From NCBI GenBank assembly GCA_035352975.1, contig DAOPYP010000001.1, positions 11,332 to 58,501 of the forward strand: a DNA stretch of 47,170 nucleotides, written 5' to 3'. The notes under the pieces were generated by a model that was given only the letters and a program-made list of their open reading frames with translations, did not search any database and was not told the DNA's origin. Below are positions 1 through 8,774 of this stretch, in pieces. Position numbers and translations under genes: made by a program. The stretch's first letter is position 1. The number at the start of each line of letters is the position of its first letter. This DNA is from Oscillospiraceae bacterium. GTDB taxonomy: Bacteria > Bacillota > Clostridia > Oscillospirales > Ruminococcaceae.

Positions 1-94
1 AATATCGGAATTTGAAGCAAGTACGTCAATGCTGTAAAGCGAATTCCCGTATTCGCTTTACAGCGTTGACGTACTTGCTTCAAATTCCGATATT
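1..94. repeat. Fold-back inverted repeat at the window edge: 44-bp arms (1-44 vs 51-94), 6-nt loop, one mismatch (T30 opposite G65)
   Basis: The reverse complement of 1-44 equals 51-94 except at one position. The right arm lies in the open histidine kinase reading frame. The left arm introduces the in-frame TAA at 35-37. Confidence 0.9.
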
Positions 95-214
95 ATTGAT
101 GCGGACGACCCGTTTGTATATAAGTACAGAAAAGCCGTTATCGAGAGCAGCAACGGAGTTATATACAAAAAAATCAATAATACAAAAATCAGGACACAGA
201 CTCTTCTTTTCGGA

Positions 215-1228
215 ATGTATATCGGAACTAAGGACGACCCAAAGGGTTTTATTTTCCTGAACACCCCGCTGGAGCCTATTGATTCGACCATTTCCGTTCT
301 TCAGGAGCAGCTTATATATATTACTATTGCACTTTTATCGCTGGGACTTATTATTTCGTTTTTTATGGCAAAAAAAATTTCCCATCCTATTGTGAATATC
401 ACAAAATCGGCGGAGAATCTTGCTCATGGGAATTATAACGTTTCTTTTGACGGAGAGGGATACGACGAGTCCGAAAAGCTTGCATCGACGCTTAATTATG
501 CTTCGACCGAAATATCAAAAGTCGACAATTTAAGGCGCGATCTTATAGCGAATATCTCGCATGATTTAAGGACGCCGCTCACTATGGTCAAGGCGTATGC
601 CGAAATGATAAGGGATTTGTCCGGCGGAATTCCCGAAAAGAGAGAAGAGCATATCAATATAATTATTGAGGAGAGCAACCGACTTTCCGCCCTTGTGAAC
701 GATATTCTCGACCTTTCAAAAATTGAAAGCGGAAATCAAAAGCTTAACATTTCATCGTTCAAAATAAAAGAAAAGCTTATGGAGGTCCTTGAACGCTATA
801 AGCTTTTATCCGAAAAGGACGGATATGAGTTTATTTATGAGGAGGACGATGAGGCAATAGTTTCCGGCGATGTAATAAAAATCGAACAGGTGCTGTATAA
901 TTTTATAAACAATGCCGTGAATTATACGGGCGAGGATAAAAAGGTAATTATCCGCCAGATTAACAAGGTGAAAAGCGTAAGGATCGAAATCAGCGATACG
1001 GGTAAGGGAATCGAGCCGGAAATGCTCCCTTTGATCTTCGACAGGTATTACAGGGGTGAAAAATCTCAGCGTGAGGTTATCGGCACAGGGCTGGGGCTTT
1101 CAATAATTAAAGTTATTCTAAAAAATCATAACTATCCGTTCGGGGTTCAGTCGGAGCTTGACAAAGGCTCAACTTTCTGGTTCGAGATTAAGCGCGAGAA
1201 AGAAAAATCAATAAAAATCAGACAATAA
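215..1228 (+). CDS. Sensor histidine kinase (TM, HAMP-like linker, HisKA, HATPase_c); the true 5' end lies upstream or is unresolved
   Basis: H-box ISHDLRTPLT, N-box NNAVNYT, G1 DTGKGI, G2 GTGLGLS. The same frame stays open upstream to position 38 and reads as a plausible sensor domain (ADDPFVYKYRKAVIESSNGVIYKKINN...). It has no ATG/GTG/TTG before 215. Confidence 0.85.
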   Translation: MYIGTKDDPKGFIFLNTPLEPIDSTISVLQEQLIYITIALLSLGLIISFFMAKKISHPIVNITKSAENLAHGNYNVSFDGEGYDESEKLASTLNYASTEISKVDNLRRDLIANISHDLRTPLTMVKAYAEMIRDLSGGIPEKREEHINIIIEESNRLSALVNDILDLSKIESGNQKLNISSFKIKEKLMEVLERYKLLSEKDGYEFIYEEDDEAIVSGDVIKIEQVLYNFINNAVNYTGEDKKVIIRQINKVKSVRIEISDTGKGIEPEMLPLIFDRYYRGEKSQREVIGTGLGLSIIKVILKNHNYPFGVQSELDKGSTFWFEIKREKEKSIKIRQ

Positions 1229-1241
1229 GGGAGAATAACAG

Positions 1242-1694
1242 ATGAAATCATTTATTAAGGCAATTGCAATTTTAAGTCTTGCGGCAGTTTTGCTAACAGC
1301 GTGCGGCAAGGGTAATTCAAATGAGCAATCAGAAAATGAGGTGACAACGACAACCGAATCATCTGTTTCAGAAACAACAGCATCAGAAACAACAGCATCG
1401 GAAACAACAGCATCGGAAACGACTAAAGCCGAAACAACAGAAAGCTCGGCGGATGGCTATACCGATGATGAGCTTAGTCAGATGGCGCTTGATTATTATG
1501 CGGCTAAACATGACGGATATGTTCCGTCCACGGCTTATATAGAGGTTAGCGACGACGTGTCAGTGACAATTCATCTGTTTGACAATATGGAGGGACATAT
1601 TGCAACTTATGCGTGGTATAAGGTTGACAGAAAAACCGCCGAGGGAGAAGAAATTGCGCTTGGCGAAAAAATTGATTTAAAGCCTGCGACATAA
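1242..1694 (+). CDS. Secreted lipoprotein of unknown function with a Ser/Thr/Glu-rich linker
   Basis: Signal peptide with lipobox LLTAC. RBS GGGAGA upstream. SETTA repeats. Confidence 0.7.
   Translation: MKSFIKAIAILSLAAVLLTACGKGNSNEQSENEVTTTTESSVSETTASETTASETTASETTKAETTESSADGYTDDELSQMALDYYAAKHDGYVPSTAYIEVSDDVSVTIHLFDNMEGHIATYAWYKVDRKTAEGEEIALGEKIDLKPAT
1368..1427 (+). repeat. 15-bp in-frame tandem repeat (about 3.5 copies) encoding SETTA units
   Basis: tcagaaacaacagca repeated with minor variation inside the lipoprotein CDS. Confidence 0.85.
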
Positions 1695-1931
1695 TAAAAG
1701 GAATATATTTCAGATGGATTTCTTTTAATTTTCACAAAGCTATCACAAATGAGCTTTATTATATGATTGTACCAAAGAGGTACAGTAATTAACGGGAGGT
1801 GCAGACTGAAGAAGCTTTTTAAAAATCCCGAAAATTCCCCTCTTAATAATTTCAAGTTAACCTGTATTTACCCCAGTACAGTTAACGAATAAAAACCCCA
1901 ATTTAATCTTATCTTTCTCCATATCACAAAA

Positions 1932-1970
1932 GCCCTCCGGAAATGCGTTATCCGGAGGGCGCCTTTTTTT
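1932..1970 (+). terminator. Rho-independent terminator
   Basis: Perfect 10-bp stem gccctccgga/tccggagggc, 9-nt loop, followed by gcc and T7. Confidence 0.8.
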
Positions 1971-2079
1971 AACAGAGGTTAATTACGATTTTTATGGCAG
2001 ACAGAAATATAACGCCTTTACTTGTAATAAGGTGTGTGGTACAATAAAATATAAAAATAATAGAAACGGAGTTAAGACT

Positions 2080-2694
2080 ATGGGTAGATTTTCTGAATAC
2101 ATTGGTTCCCAGTTTGGAAAACCAAGAGGTTTTATCGGAATGATCTGTTGTCTTTTAATGAATACGATAAATAGGAGAATGTACTCGAGCATTTCTTCGT
2201 GTATCAACAAAAATGAAAATGCAACTGTATTAGATATAGGATATGGCAACGGCTATCTGATAAATAAAATATATAAAAAAACGAACGCAACAATATATGG
2301 CATTGATATTTCCGATGATATGAAAAAATTGGCATCAAGGAGAAACAGTGAGGCTGTTGATATTGGAAAAGTAAAGTTATCTATTGGCGATTGCTGTAAT
2401 TTAAAATACGAAGATAAAATTTTTGATGCAGTAACCTCAGTGAATACAATTTATTTTTGGAGTGATACAGAAAAAGGATTATCAGAAATATGTCGCACAT
2501 TGAAGGACGGCGGTGTATTTTATAACGCCGTATATTCAAAACAATGGCTAAAAAAAACATCATATACCCAAAAAGGATTTAAGCTTTTTGAAAAAGAAGA
2601 TTACATAAAATTAGGCAAGAAATCAGGTTTTTCAAAAATATCAATTAAAGAAATATCACAAGGAAAGAGTTACTTAATTAAGTATTTAAAATGA
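2080..2694 (+). CDS. Class I SAM-dependent methyltransferase
   Basis: Motif I VLDIGYGNGY and a Methyltransf_11/25-like layout. ATG at 2080 follows GGAG. The track start at 2032 has no RBS. Confidence 0.75.
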   Translation: MGRFSEYIGSQFGKPRGFIGMICCLLMNTINRRMYSSISSCINKNENATVLDIGYGNGYLINKIYKKTNATIYGIDISDDMKKLASRRNSEAVDIGKVKLSIGDCCNLKYEDKIFDAVTSVNTIYFWSDTEKGLSEICRTLKDGGVFYNAVYSKQWLKKTSYTQKGFKLFEKEDYIKLGKKSGFSKISIKEISQGKSYLIKYLK

Positions 2695-2706
2695 TTAATA
2701 GTGTTT

Positions 2707-2748
2707 TAAAAAAGCAGTCAAGGATTCAAATCACTTGACTGCTTTTTT
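2707..2748. terminator. Bidirectional terminator between the methyltransferase gene and rnfB
   Basis: 9-bp stem gcagtcaag/cttgactgc flanked by an A-run and a T-run. Confidence 0.75.
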
Positions 2749-2755
2749 ATTCATA

Positions 2756-3550
2756 TTACGATTTACAGGTTGATATTGCTCCTGTCGGGCAGGATGCTAC
2801 GCACGTACCGCAGCTTGTGCATTTTGAGTAGTCGATTGAAGCAAGGTTGTTTTCAACCTTAATTGCTCCCTCAGGACATTTTTTCTCGCAGATTTTACAG
2901 CCGATACAGCCGTTCTTACAGATTGACTTCGTGATTTTTCCCGATTGAATTGACGAGCATCTGACACTGACAATATTTGAAATCGGCTTGACGATTATCA
3001 GGCTATTCGGACAGACCTTTGTGCAAAGCCCGCAACCCAAGCACTTTGAGATGTTGACTCTTGCCAGGCGGTCTTTGATTTCGATTGCGCCGTTAGGGCA
3101 GACGTTCAGACAGTCGCCGAAGCCAAGACAGCCGTTGATACACAGCTCACTCCCGCTGTAAAAACGGTTTGCGGCGGCACAGGACTGTGTCCCCTCAAAA
3201 ATAAACTTGCTGTTTGTTGCGTGGCAGTCGCCGCCGCACTTTATAAATGCGACTTTAGCAACAACTTCTCCTGCCGCAACACCCATTATTTCGCTTAAAG
3301 CGGCGGCGGTTTTACTTCCGCCTGAGGTACACATATTAGTGGGAGCGCCGTTTAAAACCGCTTCGGCATAGGAATTACAGCCCGAATATCCGCAGGCGCC
3401 GCAGTTTATCTGAGGAAGAGCTTCACTTAAAGCCTCAAGTCTTTCATCGGTTTTGACCTCAAAAAGCTTTGAAACCACTGTCAGAAGCACTCCCGCAATA
3501 ATTCCCAGTCCGGCAAATATCAGTACGGGAAGAATATAGGTTAAAAACAT
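2756..3550 (-). CDS. rnfB: Rnf complex subunit B (polyferredoxin)
   Basis: N-terminal TM segment, CGACGYSGC cluster and several CxxCxxCxxxCP motifs. Last gene of the rnfCDGEAB order. Confidence 0.9.
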   Translation of the reverse strand: MFLTYILPVLIFAGLGIIAGVLLTVVSKLFEVKTDERLEALSEALPQINCGACGYSGCNSYAEAVLNGAPTNMCTSGGSKTAAALSEIMGVAAGEVVAKVAFIKCGGDCHATNSKFIFEGTQSCAAANRFYSGSELCINGCLGFGDCLNVCPNGAIEIKDRLARVNISKCLGCGLCTKVCPNSLIIVKPISNIVSVRCSSIQSGKITKSICKNGCIGCKICEKKCPEGAIKVENNLASIDYSKCTSCGTCVASCPTGAISTCKS

Positions 3551-3583
3551 ATTCAGTATCCTTTCTGTTTCGTTTCGGGGGGA

Positions 3584-4174
3584 TTAGTGGAAAATTCCTT
3601 CGATAAGCCCCGCAAATCCCATAAAGCTCACCGAAACTATTGAAGCGGCAATAAGCGTTGACGGAACTCCCTTAAAGGTCTGGGGAATATCGCAGGTTTC
3701 AAGCCTTGAACGCACACCCGAAAACATTACAAGCGCAAGAGTAAAGCCGAGTCCTCCGCCGAGAGCGTTGACGATTGATTCACCGAAGGTAAGACCGTTG
3801 TTTATGTTAATCATCGTAACACCGAGAACTGCACAGTTTGTCGTAATAAGCGGGAGATAAACGCCGAGCGCCTTATAAAGCGGCGGCATAACCTTTTTCA
3901 GTATGATTTCGATAAGCTGAACAAAAAGCGCAATTATAAGAATAAACGCAATATTGTTGAGGTATTCAAGCTTTAGCGGAACAAGCACACCCATATAAAA
4001 CGGATATGTCGCAAGTGTCGAAAGAACCATTACGATTATTACGGCAACACCCATTCCGACCGAGCTTGAGAACTTTTTGGAAACGCCTAAAAACGGGCAT
4101 ATTCCCATAAATTTTGAAAGCACAAAGTTGTCTATAATCATTGCACTCAAAAGAATAGCAAGTAACTCTTTCAT
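3584..4174 (-). CDS. rnfA: Rnf complex subunit A
   Basis: Polytopic RnfA/NqrE-like membrane protein. Its start overlaps the rnfE stop (TGATG). Confidence 0.9.
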   Translation of the reverse strand: MKELLAILLSAMIIDNFVLSKFMGICPFLGVSKKFSSSVGMGVAVIIVMVLSTLATYPFYMGVLVPLKLEYLNNIAFILIIALFVQLIEIILKKVMPPLYKALGVYLPLITTNCAVLGVTMININNGLTFGESIVNALGGGLGFTLALVMFSGVRSRLETCDIPQTFKGVPSTLIAASIVSVSFMGFAGLIEGIFH

Positions 4175-5067
4175 CAGTCATTTCCTCCTTTACAGCTCTG
4201 ACAGGACGACTGATTAGGACAGCCGTGACAGCCCAGCTCCTGAGGAGGCTTTTTGTTAGCAAGCTTATTGACAAGCGCAATAATACAGCCGAGAACGAAA
4301 AATCCGCCTGCGGGAAGAATAAATATAGTCATAGGTGTAAGAACGGGAATAGCTATTCCAAGCCATGAACCGCTTCCCAAGATTTCTCTTACGGAACCGA
4401 TTGTGAAGAGCGCAAGCGTAAAACCTAAGCCCATTCCAAGGCCGTCAAGAATTGACGGAACAATCTTGTTTTTACTTGCAAAAACCTCAGCACGTCCGAG
4501 AATTATGCAGTTAACCGTAATAAGTGCAAGATAAAGGCCGAGTGCATCGTAAAGGAAAGGTATATATCCCTTTAATATAAAGCTTACGAATGTTACAAAT
4601 GCGGCGATTATTACGATAAAGCAGGGGAGCCTTACCGCTTTTGGAATGATATTTTTAAGAAGTGATATTACGATGTTGGAGCAGACAAGCACGAATGTCG
4701 TCGCAAGCCCCATTCCTATGCCGTTTATCGCCATTGTGGTAATTGCGAGAGTAGGACACATTCCGAGAAGTCCGACAAGTGTCGGATTTTCCTTGACAAG
4801 CCCTTTTATGAATTCATAAAAATATGAAATCCCGTCGTCTTTTTTAGGTTGTTCCTTTTTGATTTTTTCGGAAGACGGCTTACGGAAAAAATTAGTCTTT
4901 TCATTTTTGGGAGCTTCGGGGGTGATTTTTTCTTCGGCTTTTGTAACCTTGATAAGCTTATCATCAGTTTCGATTATTGCGGATACCGAGGCGTTTGAAA
5001 TATCATCGGGGGAAAGTTTTTCGTTGTTTTCGGCATTTTCCGACTGATTGTTATTTTTATTACTCAC
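4174..5067 (-). CDS. rnfE: Rnf complex subunit E with about 85 extra N-terminal residues and a Cys-rich C-terminal tail
   Basis: Core ENPTLVGLLGMCPTLAITT...ITVNCIILGRAE is RnfE/NqrD-like. The extension is an open, low-complexity K/E/N-rich frame. The tail reads CHGCPNQSSCQSC. Confidence 0.85.
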   Translation of the reverse strand: MSNKNNNQSENAENNEKLSPDDISNASVSAIIETDDKLIKVTKAEEKITPEAPKNEKTNFFRKPSSEKIKKEQPKKDDGISYFYEFIKGLVKENPTLVGLLGMCPTLAITTMAINGIGMGLATTFVLVCSNIVISLLKNIIPKAVRLPCFIVIIAAFVTFVSFILKGYIPFLYDALGLYLALITVNCIILGRAEVFASKNKIVPSILDGLGMGLGFTLALFTIGSVREILGSGSWLGIAIPVLTPMTIFILPAGGFFVLGCIIALVNKLANKKPPQELGCHGCPNQSSCQSCKGGND

Positions 5068-5623
5068 CTAAAATCTCCCCTTTCTCTGACTGATATGTTG
5101 AAAGCGCAAGCGATACCGCATTTTTCATTCCCTTTGACGAATATGTTGCTCCGGTAATTGAATCAACCTCAACCGGTGTCTTGTCGATTCCCTTGAATGA
5201 ATCAAGAAAGCTTTGGTTCTGAACCTTTGTGCCAAGTCCCGGAGTTTCACCGATCGAAAGGATTGAAACGCCCGAAACTGCGCCTTTTTCGTCGATTCCG
5301 ACCAGAACGTGAAGTCCGCCCTTTGCATACCCGTCAACGGTAATTTCAAAAGCGGTTTGGCCTTTGTCGTCCTTAATTATCGACGTTATCCCGTCATAGA
5401 CAAGCGGAACGGAATTTCCCTCGTCATTTTTTGTCAGAAGCATTTCATACTTACCGTCGCCGAGAACATCTTCAAGTCCTGATTTAAGCTTGTCGGTTAT
5501 TTTTCCTGTCGTATCCTGATAAGTGAGGTTATATGCAAAAACAAGAAGTGCGGTTGAGATAATACATATTATAGTTAGTATAAGTGGAGGCTTGATATAC
5601 TGCCAGTTTAATTTCTTAAGCAT
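5060..5623 (-). CDS. rnfG: Rnf complex subunit G (FMN-binding)
   Basis: N-terminal anchor and the flavinylation motif DSITGATYSS. Confidence 0.9.
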   Translation of the reverse strand: MLKKLNWQYIKPPLILTIICIISTALLVFAYNLTYQDTTGKITDKLKSGLEDVLGDGKYEMLLTKNDEGNSVPLVYDGITSIIKDDKGQTAFEITVDGYAKGGLHVLVGIDEKGAVSGVSILSIGETPGLGTKVQNQSFLDSFKGIDKTPVEVDSITGATYSSKGMKNAVSLALSTYQSEKGEILGE

Positions 5624-6596
5624 TTTTAACAGCCTCCTTAGTAACCTTTTTTGCGCCCAGAGGCTTTGTCATCGTGAGATTGTCGATATAAGGGGTAAGA
5701 ATGTTCATAATCAGTATCGAGAACGACACGCCCTCAGGGGAGCTTCCGAACTGCCTGATAACAAAGGTTATCGCCCCGCAGCCTATGCCGAAAATGATTT
5801 TTCCGCTTTTGTTAAGCGGCGTTGTAGCATAATCGGTTGCCATGAAGAATGCGCCTAAAACTGCTCCGCCCGCAAGAACCTGATATGTTGAATCATAAAT
5901 TGAAGTTGAAAACGAAACGCCCTGTCCGAGATTAAAAATAAAGGTTAAAACAAAAAGCGCTCCTAAAAATGAAACAGGAGTTGAAAGTGAAATCACCCTC
6001 GTAATAACAAGTAAAAGTCCCCCGATAACAAGTGCCAGCGCACAGGTTTCACCAAGGCTTCCGCCGGTTGTTCCGAGCCAAAGCTCATTTAATGTCGGGC
6101 GAACGGCAATAGCGCTGCTTAATGGCGTAGGGGAGGTTGTGATATCCGCCGCCTTGTACCAGAACGGCTTCACCCAGTTTGTCATCTGAGGGGCGAATGA
6201 AACCATAAGTACAATTCTTCCCACGATAGCGGGGTTTGCGAAATTTTGTCCTATCCCGCCAAAAAGCTGTTTAACAATGACTATTGCAATAAACGAGCCG
6301 ATTGAAGCAATCCATAAAGGAAGAGTAACGGGAAGATTCATTGCCAGAAGTATTCCCGTAACAACCGCCGAAAGGTCGGAAATTGTGTTGGAACGCTTCA
6401 TTATAATTCTTGAAATGAATTCAAAGAACACACAGCTGATAACGCAGTCAAGTATCAGAAGAAGAGCACGCGGCCCAAAGATTATTCCCGAAGCGACAAC
6501 GGCGGGGAGAAGCGAAATTATCACCAAAAGCATTATTTTTTGAGTGCTGATTTTATTTTTTTGATGCGGTGAGGGAGAAACAATAAGTTTTTCCAA
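5616..6596 (-). CDS. rnfD: Rnf complex subunit D
   Basis: NqrB/RnfD-like polytopic protein. It overlaps rnfG. Confidence 0.9.
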   Translation of the reverse strand: MEKLIVSPSPHQKNKISTQKIMLLVIISLLPAVVASGIIFGPRALLLILDCVISCVFFEFISRIIMKRSNTISDLSAVVTGILLAMNLPVTLPLWIASIGSFIAIVIVKQLFGGIGQNFANPAIVGRIVLMVSFAPQMTNWVKPFWYKAADITTSPTPLSSAIAVRPTLNELWLGTTGGSLGETCALALVIGGLLLVITRVISLSTPVSFLGALFVLTFIFNLGQGVSFSTSIYDSTYQVLAGGAVLGAFFMATDYATTPLNKSGKIIFGIGCGAITFVIRQFGSSPEGVSFSILIMNILTPYIDNLTMTKPLGAKKVTKEAVKNA

Positions 6597-6618
6597 AATA
6601 TCAAATCCTTTCAGAAGA

Positions 6619-7899
6619 TTATTTTCGTGGTATCAGCATTTTTGCAAGCTGGTTTTTTTCCGCAAGAGGGCGGGAGGCGGGGCATACATATGAACAGCAC
6701 CCGCAGTTCATACAAAGCATAAGATTATATTTTTTAAGTGCATCGACGTTTTTATAATCATAAGCTTTTTCAAGCATGGTCGGCATAAGATCCATAGGAC
6801 AGACCTTTATGCACATACCACAGCGGATACACGAGGTCGTCACAGGCTCTTTAACGTCCTTTAAGACGATAAGAGCGTTGTTCGTTTTCACAACGGGTGA
6901 GGCGGTGTCATAAATACAGCTCCCCATCATAGGCCCGCCCGCAAGAACCTTTTCATAATCAGACGCCTCGGCATAAGCTAAAATGTCGTTTATTGATGTT
7001 CCGATAAGAACGTTTAAATTGCAGGGCTTTTTAACCGCATTTCCGTCAACGGTAAGGCGGCGGGAAACAAGCGGCATACCTGTTTTTGTATAATCATAGA
7101 TGAATGCCGTTGTCGAAACGTTCATGACCAAAACGTTCTTGTCCGACGGCAATTGTCCGTCCTCGACAATTCGCCCTGTTGCGGAATAGATAATTACCTT
7201 TTCAGCACCCTGAGGGTATCTTGACGGAAGTGTTACGACGTCGATATGCTCGTCCGTTGCCGCCATTTCGGTAAGAATTTTTATTGCCTCGGGCTTGTTG
7301 TTTTCAATACAAAGCTTTGCATATTTAATGTCAAGCTTCGACATTAAAAGTCTTATTCCGTTAAGAACGCTTTCTGGATTTTCCATAAGCTCGCGGTAGT
7401 CGGAGGTTATATAAGGTTCACACTCCGCCGCATTTATTACAAGAGTGTCAATCGGTGTTTTTTCGGGATTGAAGTTTAGCTTTATGTGAGTGGGGAAGCC
7501 CGCACCGCCCAGTCCGCACACGCCGCTTTCTTTTACTGCCGCTATAAAATCGGCTTTTGTTTCAATTGACGGAGGAGTAACGGTATCCGATACTTTCTGC
7601 TCGCCGTCTGTTTCGATGATTACAGCTTTACAGGTTTTCCCGCTGCTCAAAAGGAAATCGGTAATGTCGGTTACAGTTCCCGAAACGCCCGAATGAACAG
7701 GAACAGACACAAAAGCAGAGGTGTCGCCGATTTTCTGACCGACATAAACCTTGTCGCCTTTATTTACAATAGGCTCACAAGGCGCGCCCATATTCTGAGC
7801 CATCAGAATTGTAACGCTTTTAGGGAGAGGGAACATCACCGTCTTTTCGTTTTCGGTATTTTTAAAATGCTTTAAATGAACACCGTTTAATCTTTTCAT
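6619..7899 (-). CDS. rnfC: Rnf complex subunit C
   Basis: GLGGAGFPTH NADH/FMN-site motif and two 4Fe-4S motifs (CIRCGMCIKVCP, CMNCGCCSYVCP). Confidence 0.9.
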   Translation of the reverse strand: MKRLNGVHLKHFKNTENEKTVMFPLPKSVTILMAQNMGAPCEPIVNKGDKVYVGQKIGDTSAFVSVPVHSGVSGTVTDITDFLLSSGKTCKAVIIETDGEQKVSDTVTPPSIETKADFIAAVKESGVCGLGGAGFPTHIKLNFNPEKTPIDTLVINAAECEPYITSDYRELMENPESVLNGIRLLMSKLDIKYAKLCIENNKPEAIKILTEMAATDEHIDVVTLPSRYPQGAEKVIIYSATGRIVEDGQLPSDKNVLVMNVSTTAFIYDYTKTGMPLVSRRLTVDGNAVKKPCNLNVLIGTSINDILAYAEASDYEKVLAGGPMMGSCIYDTASPVVKTNNALIVLKDVKEPVTTSCIRCGMCIKVCPMDLMPTMLEKAYDYKNVDALKKYNLMLCMNCGCCSYVCPASRPLAEKNQLAKMLIPRK

Positions 7900-8408
7900 T
7901 TCATACCTCCGTTATAATAATTGCCGTTTACATTTTTGATATAGGGGAAAATTACTTTTAGGACAATTCCCGTGCATATTCCCGCGAGAAATCCCGCCGG
8001 AAGAAGAACAGACCCGTATAAAAATGTCGAAGCATTTTTTGTGAGTAACGCCGCAAGACAAAGCTGCCCGATATTGTGAAAAACCGCACCGCATACGCTT
8101 AATAGAAGAAGTGACGGACGGCATTTTTTATAAATCAGAACAATGATAATAAGAGAAAGAATACCGCCCGAAAGCGACATCCCGAAAGCCGTCAATCCTC
8201 TCACAAGAAAAACAAATGAAGCTTTTACCATGACCAAAGTAAATGCGGATTTTGTATCAATAACAATAAGTGCAAACATAATAACGATATTTGCAAGCCC
8301 TATGTGTATTCCGAGAGGAAGAACGGGCGTGAAAATCAATTCAATAGAGGAAAGGGCAATCGCAGCGGCGGATAAAATCCCCATCAGCGCAATATATCTG
8401 GTTTTCAT
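7896..8408 (-). CDS. Gx transporter family / heptaprenyl-diphosphate-synthase-component-I-like membrane protein
   Basis: Five-to-six-TM small protein resembling PF07456-type proteins. 4-nt overlap with rnfC. Confidence 0.6.
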   Translation of the reverse strand: MKTRYIALMGILSAAAIALSSIELIFTPVLPLGIHIGLANIVIMFALIVIDTKSAFTLVMVKASFVFLVRGLTAFGMSLSGGILSLIIIVLIYKKCRPSLLLLSVCGAVFHNIGQLCLAALLTKNASTFLYGSVLLPAGFLAGICTGIVLKVIFPYIKNVNGNYYNGGMK

Positions 8409-8411
8409 AAG

Positions 8412-8774
8412 CTATCCCACCGACAAGTCGGCTTCTTTGTCCTCTCCCTTTATTTTTATAATCAGCCTTTCGGGAAGACAGACTATCGTCTGTGACGGCT
8501 TTGAAATATATCCCGTATGCACGCATATTTTGTCATGACAAGGCGAATCAAGGACGCATATTGCCCCGTCCCTGACGTCTATGGTAAAGCTGTTCAGTTT
8601 AAAAGTATCATTCTTTTCAAGTGATATCGTTTTTACAATTTCACCGTCAATAGATATTTCGGCGGTTTCCCCACTGTTTAAAAGCTTTGGAAAAATCAGA
8701 AAGGATATGCACAAAATAAAAATTGCCGACAAAATTATAATGTCACGCTTTTTGATAAAGGGAATATCCGTCAT
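8412..8774 (-). CDS. NusG domain II-containing (DUF1312-like) membrane-anchored protein
   Basis: One N-terminal TM followed by a beta-rich domain with CxxxxC (SPCHDKICV). It overlaps apbE by 4 nt. Confidence 0.55.
   Translation of the reverse strand: MTDIPFIKKRDIIILSAIFILCISFLIFPKLLNSGETAEISIDGEIVKTISLEKNDTFKLNSFTIDVRDGAICVLDSPCHDKICVHTGYISKPSQTIVCLPERLIIKIKGEDKEADLSVG

Noticed and set aside
1368-1427. Regular 15-bp repeats considered as a possible CRISPR or minisatellite.
   Set aside because: The repeats are in-frame coding repeats (SETTA) with no spacers. No CRISPR-like repeat-spacer array exists anywhere in the window.
1860-1925. 21-codon minus-strand ORF (MEKDKIKLGFLFVNCTGVNTG) with a GGAGGG upstream.
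   Set aside because: The apparent SD sequence is simply one arm of the plus-strand terminator stem, and nothing supports the ORF as a peptide gene.
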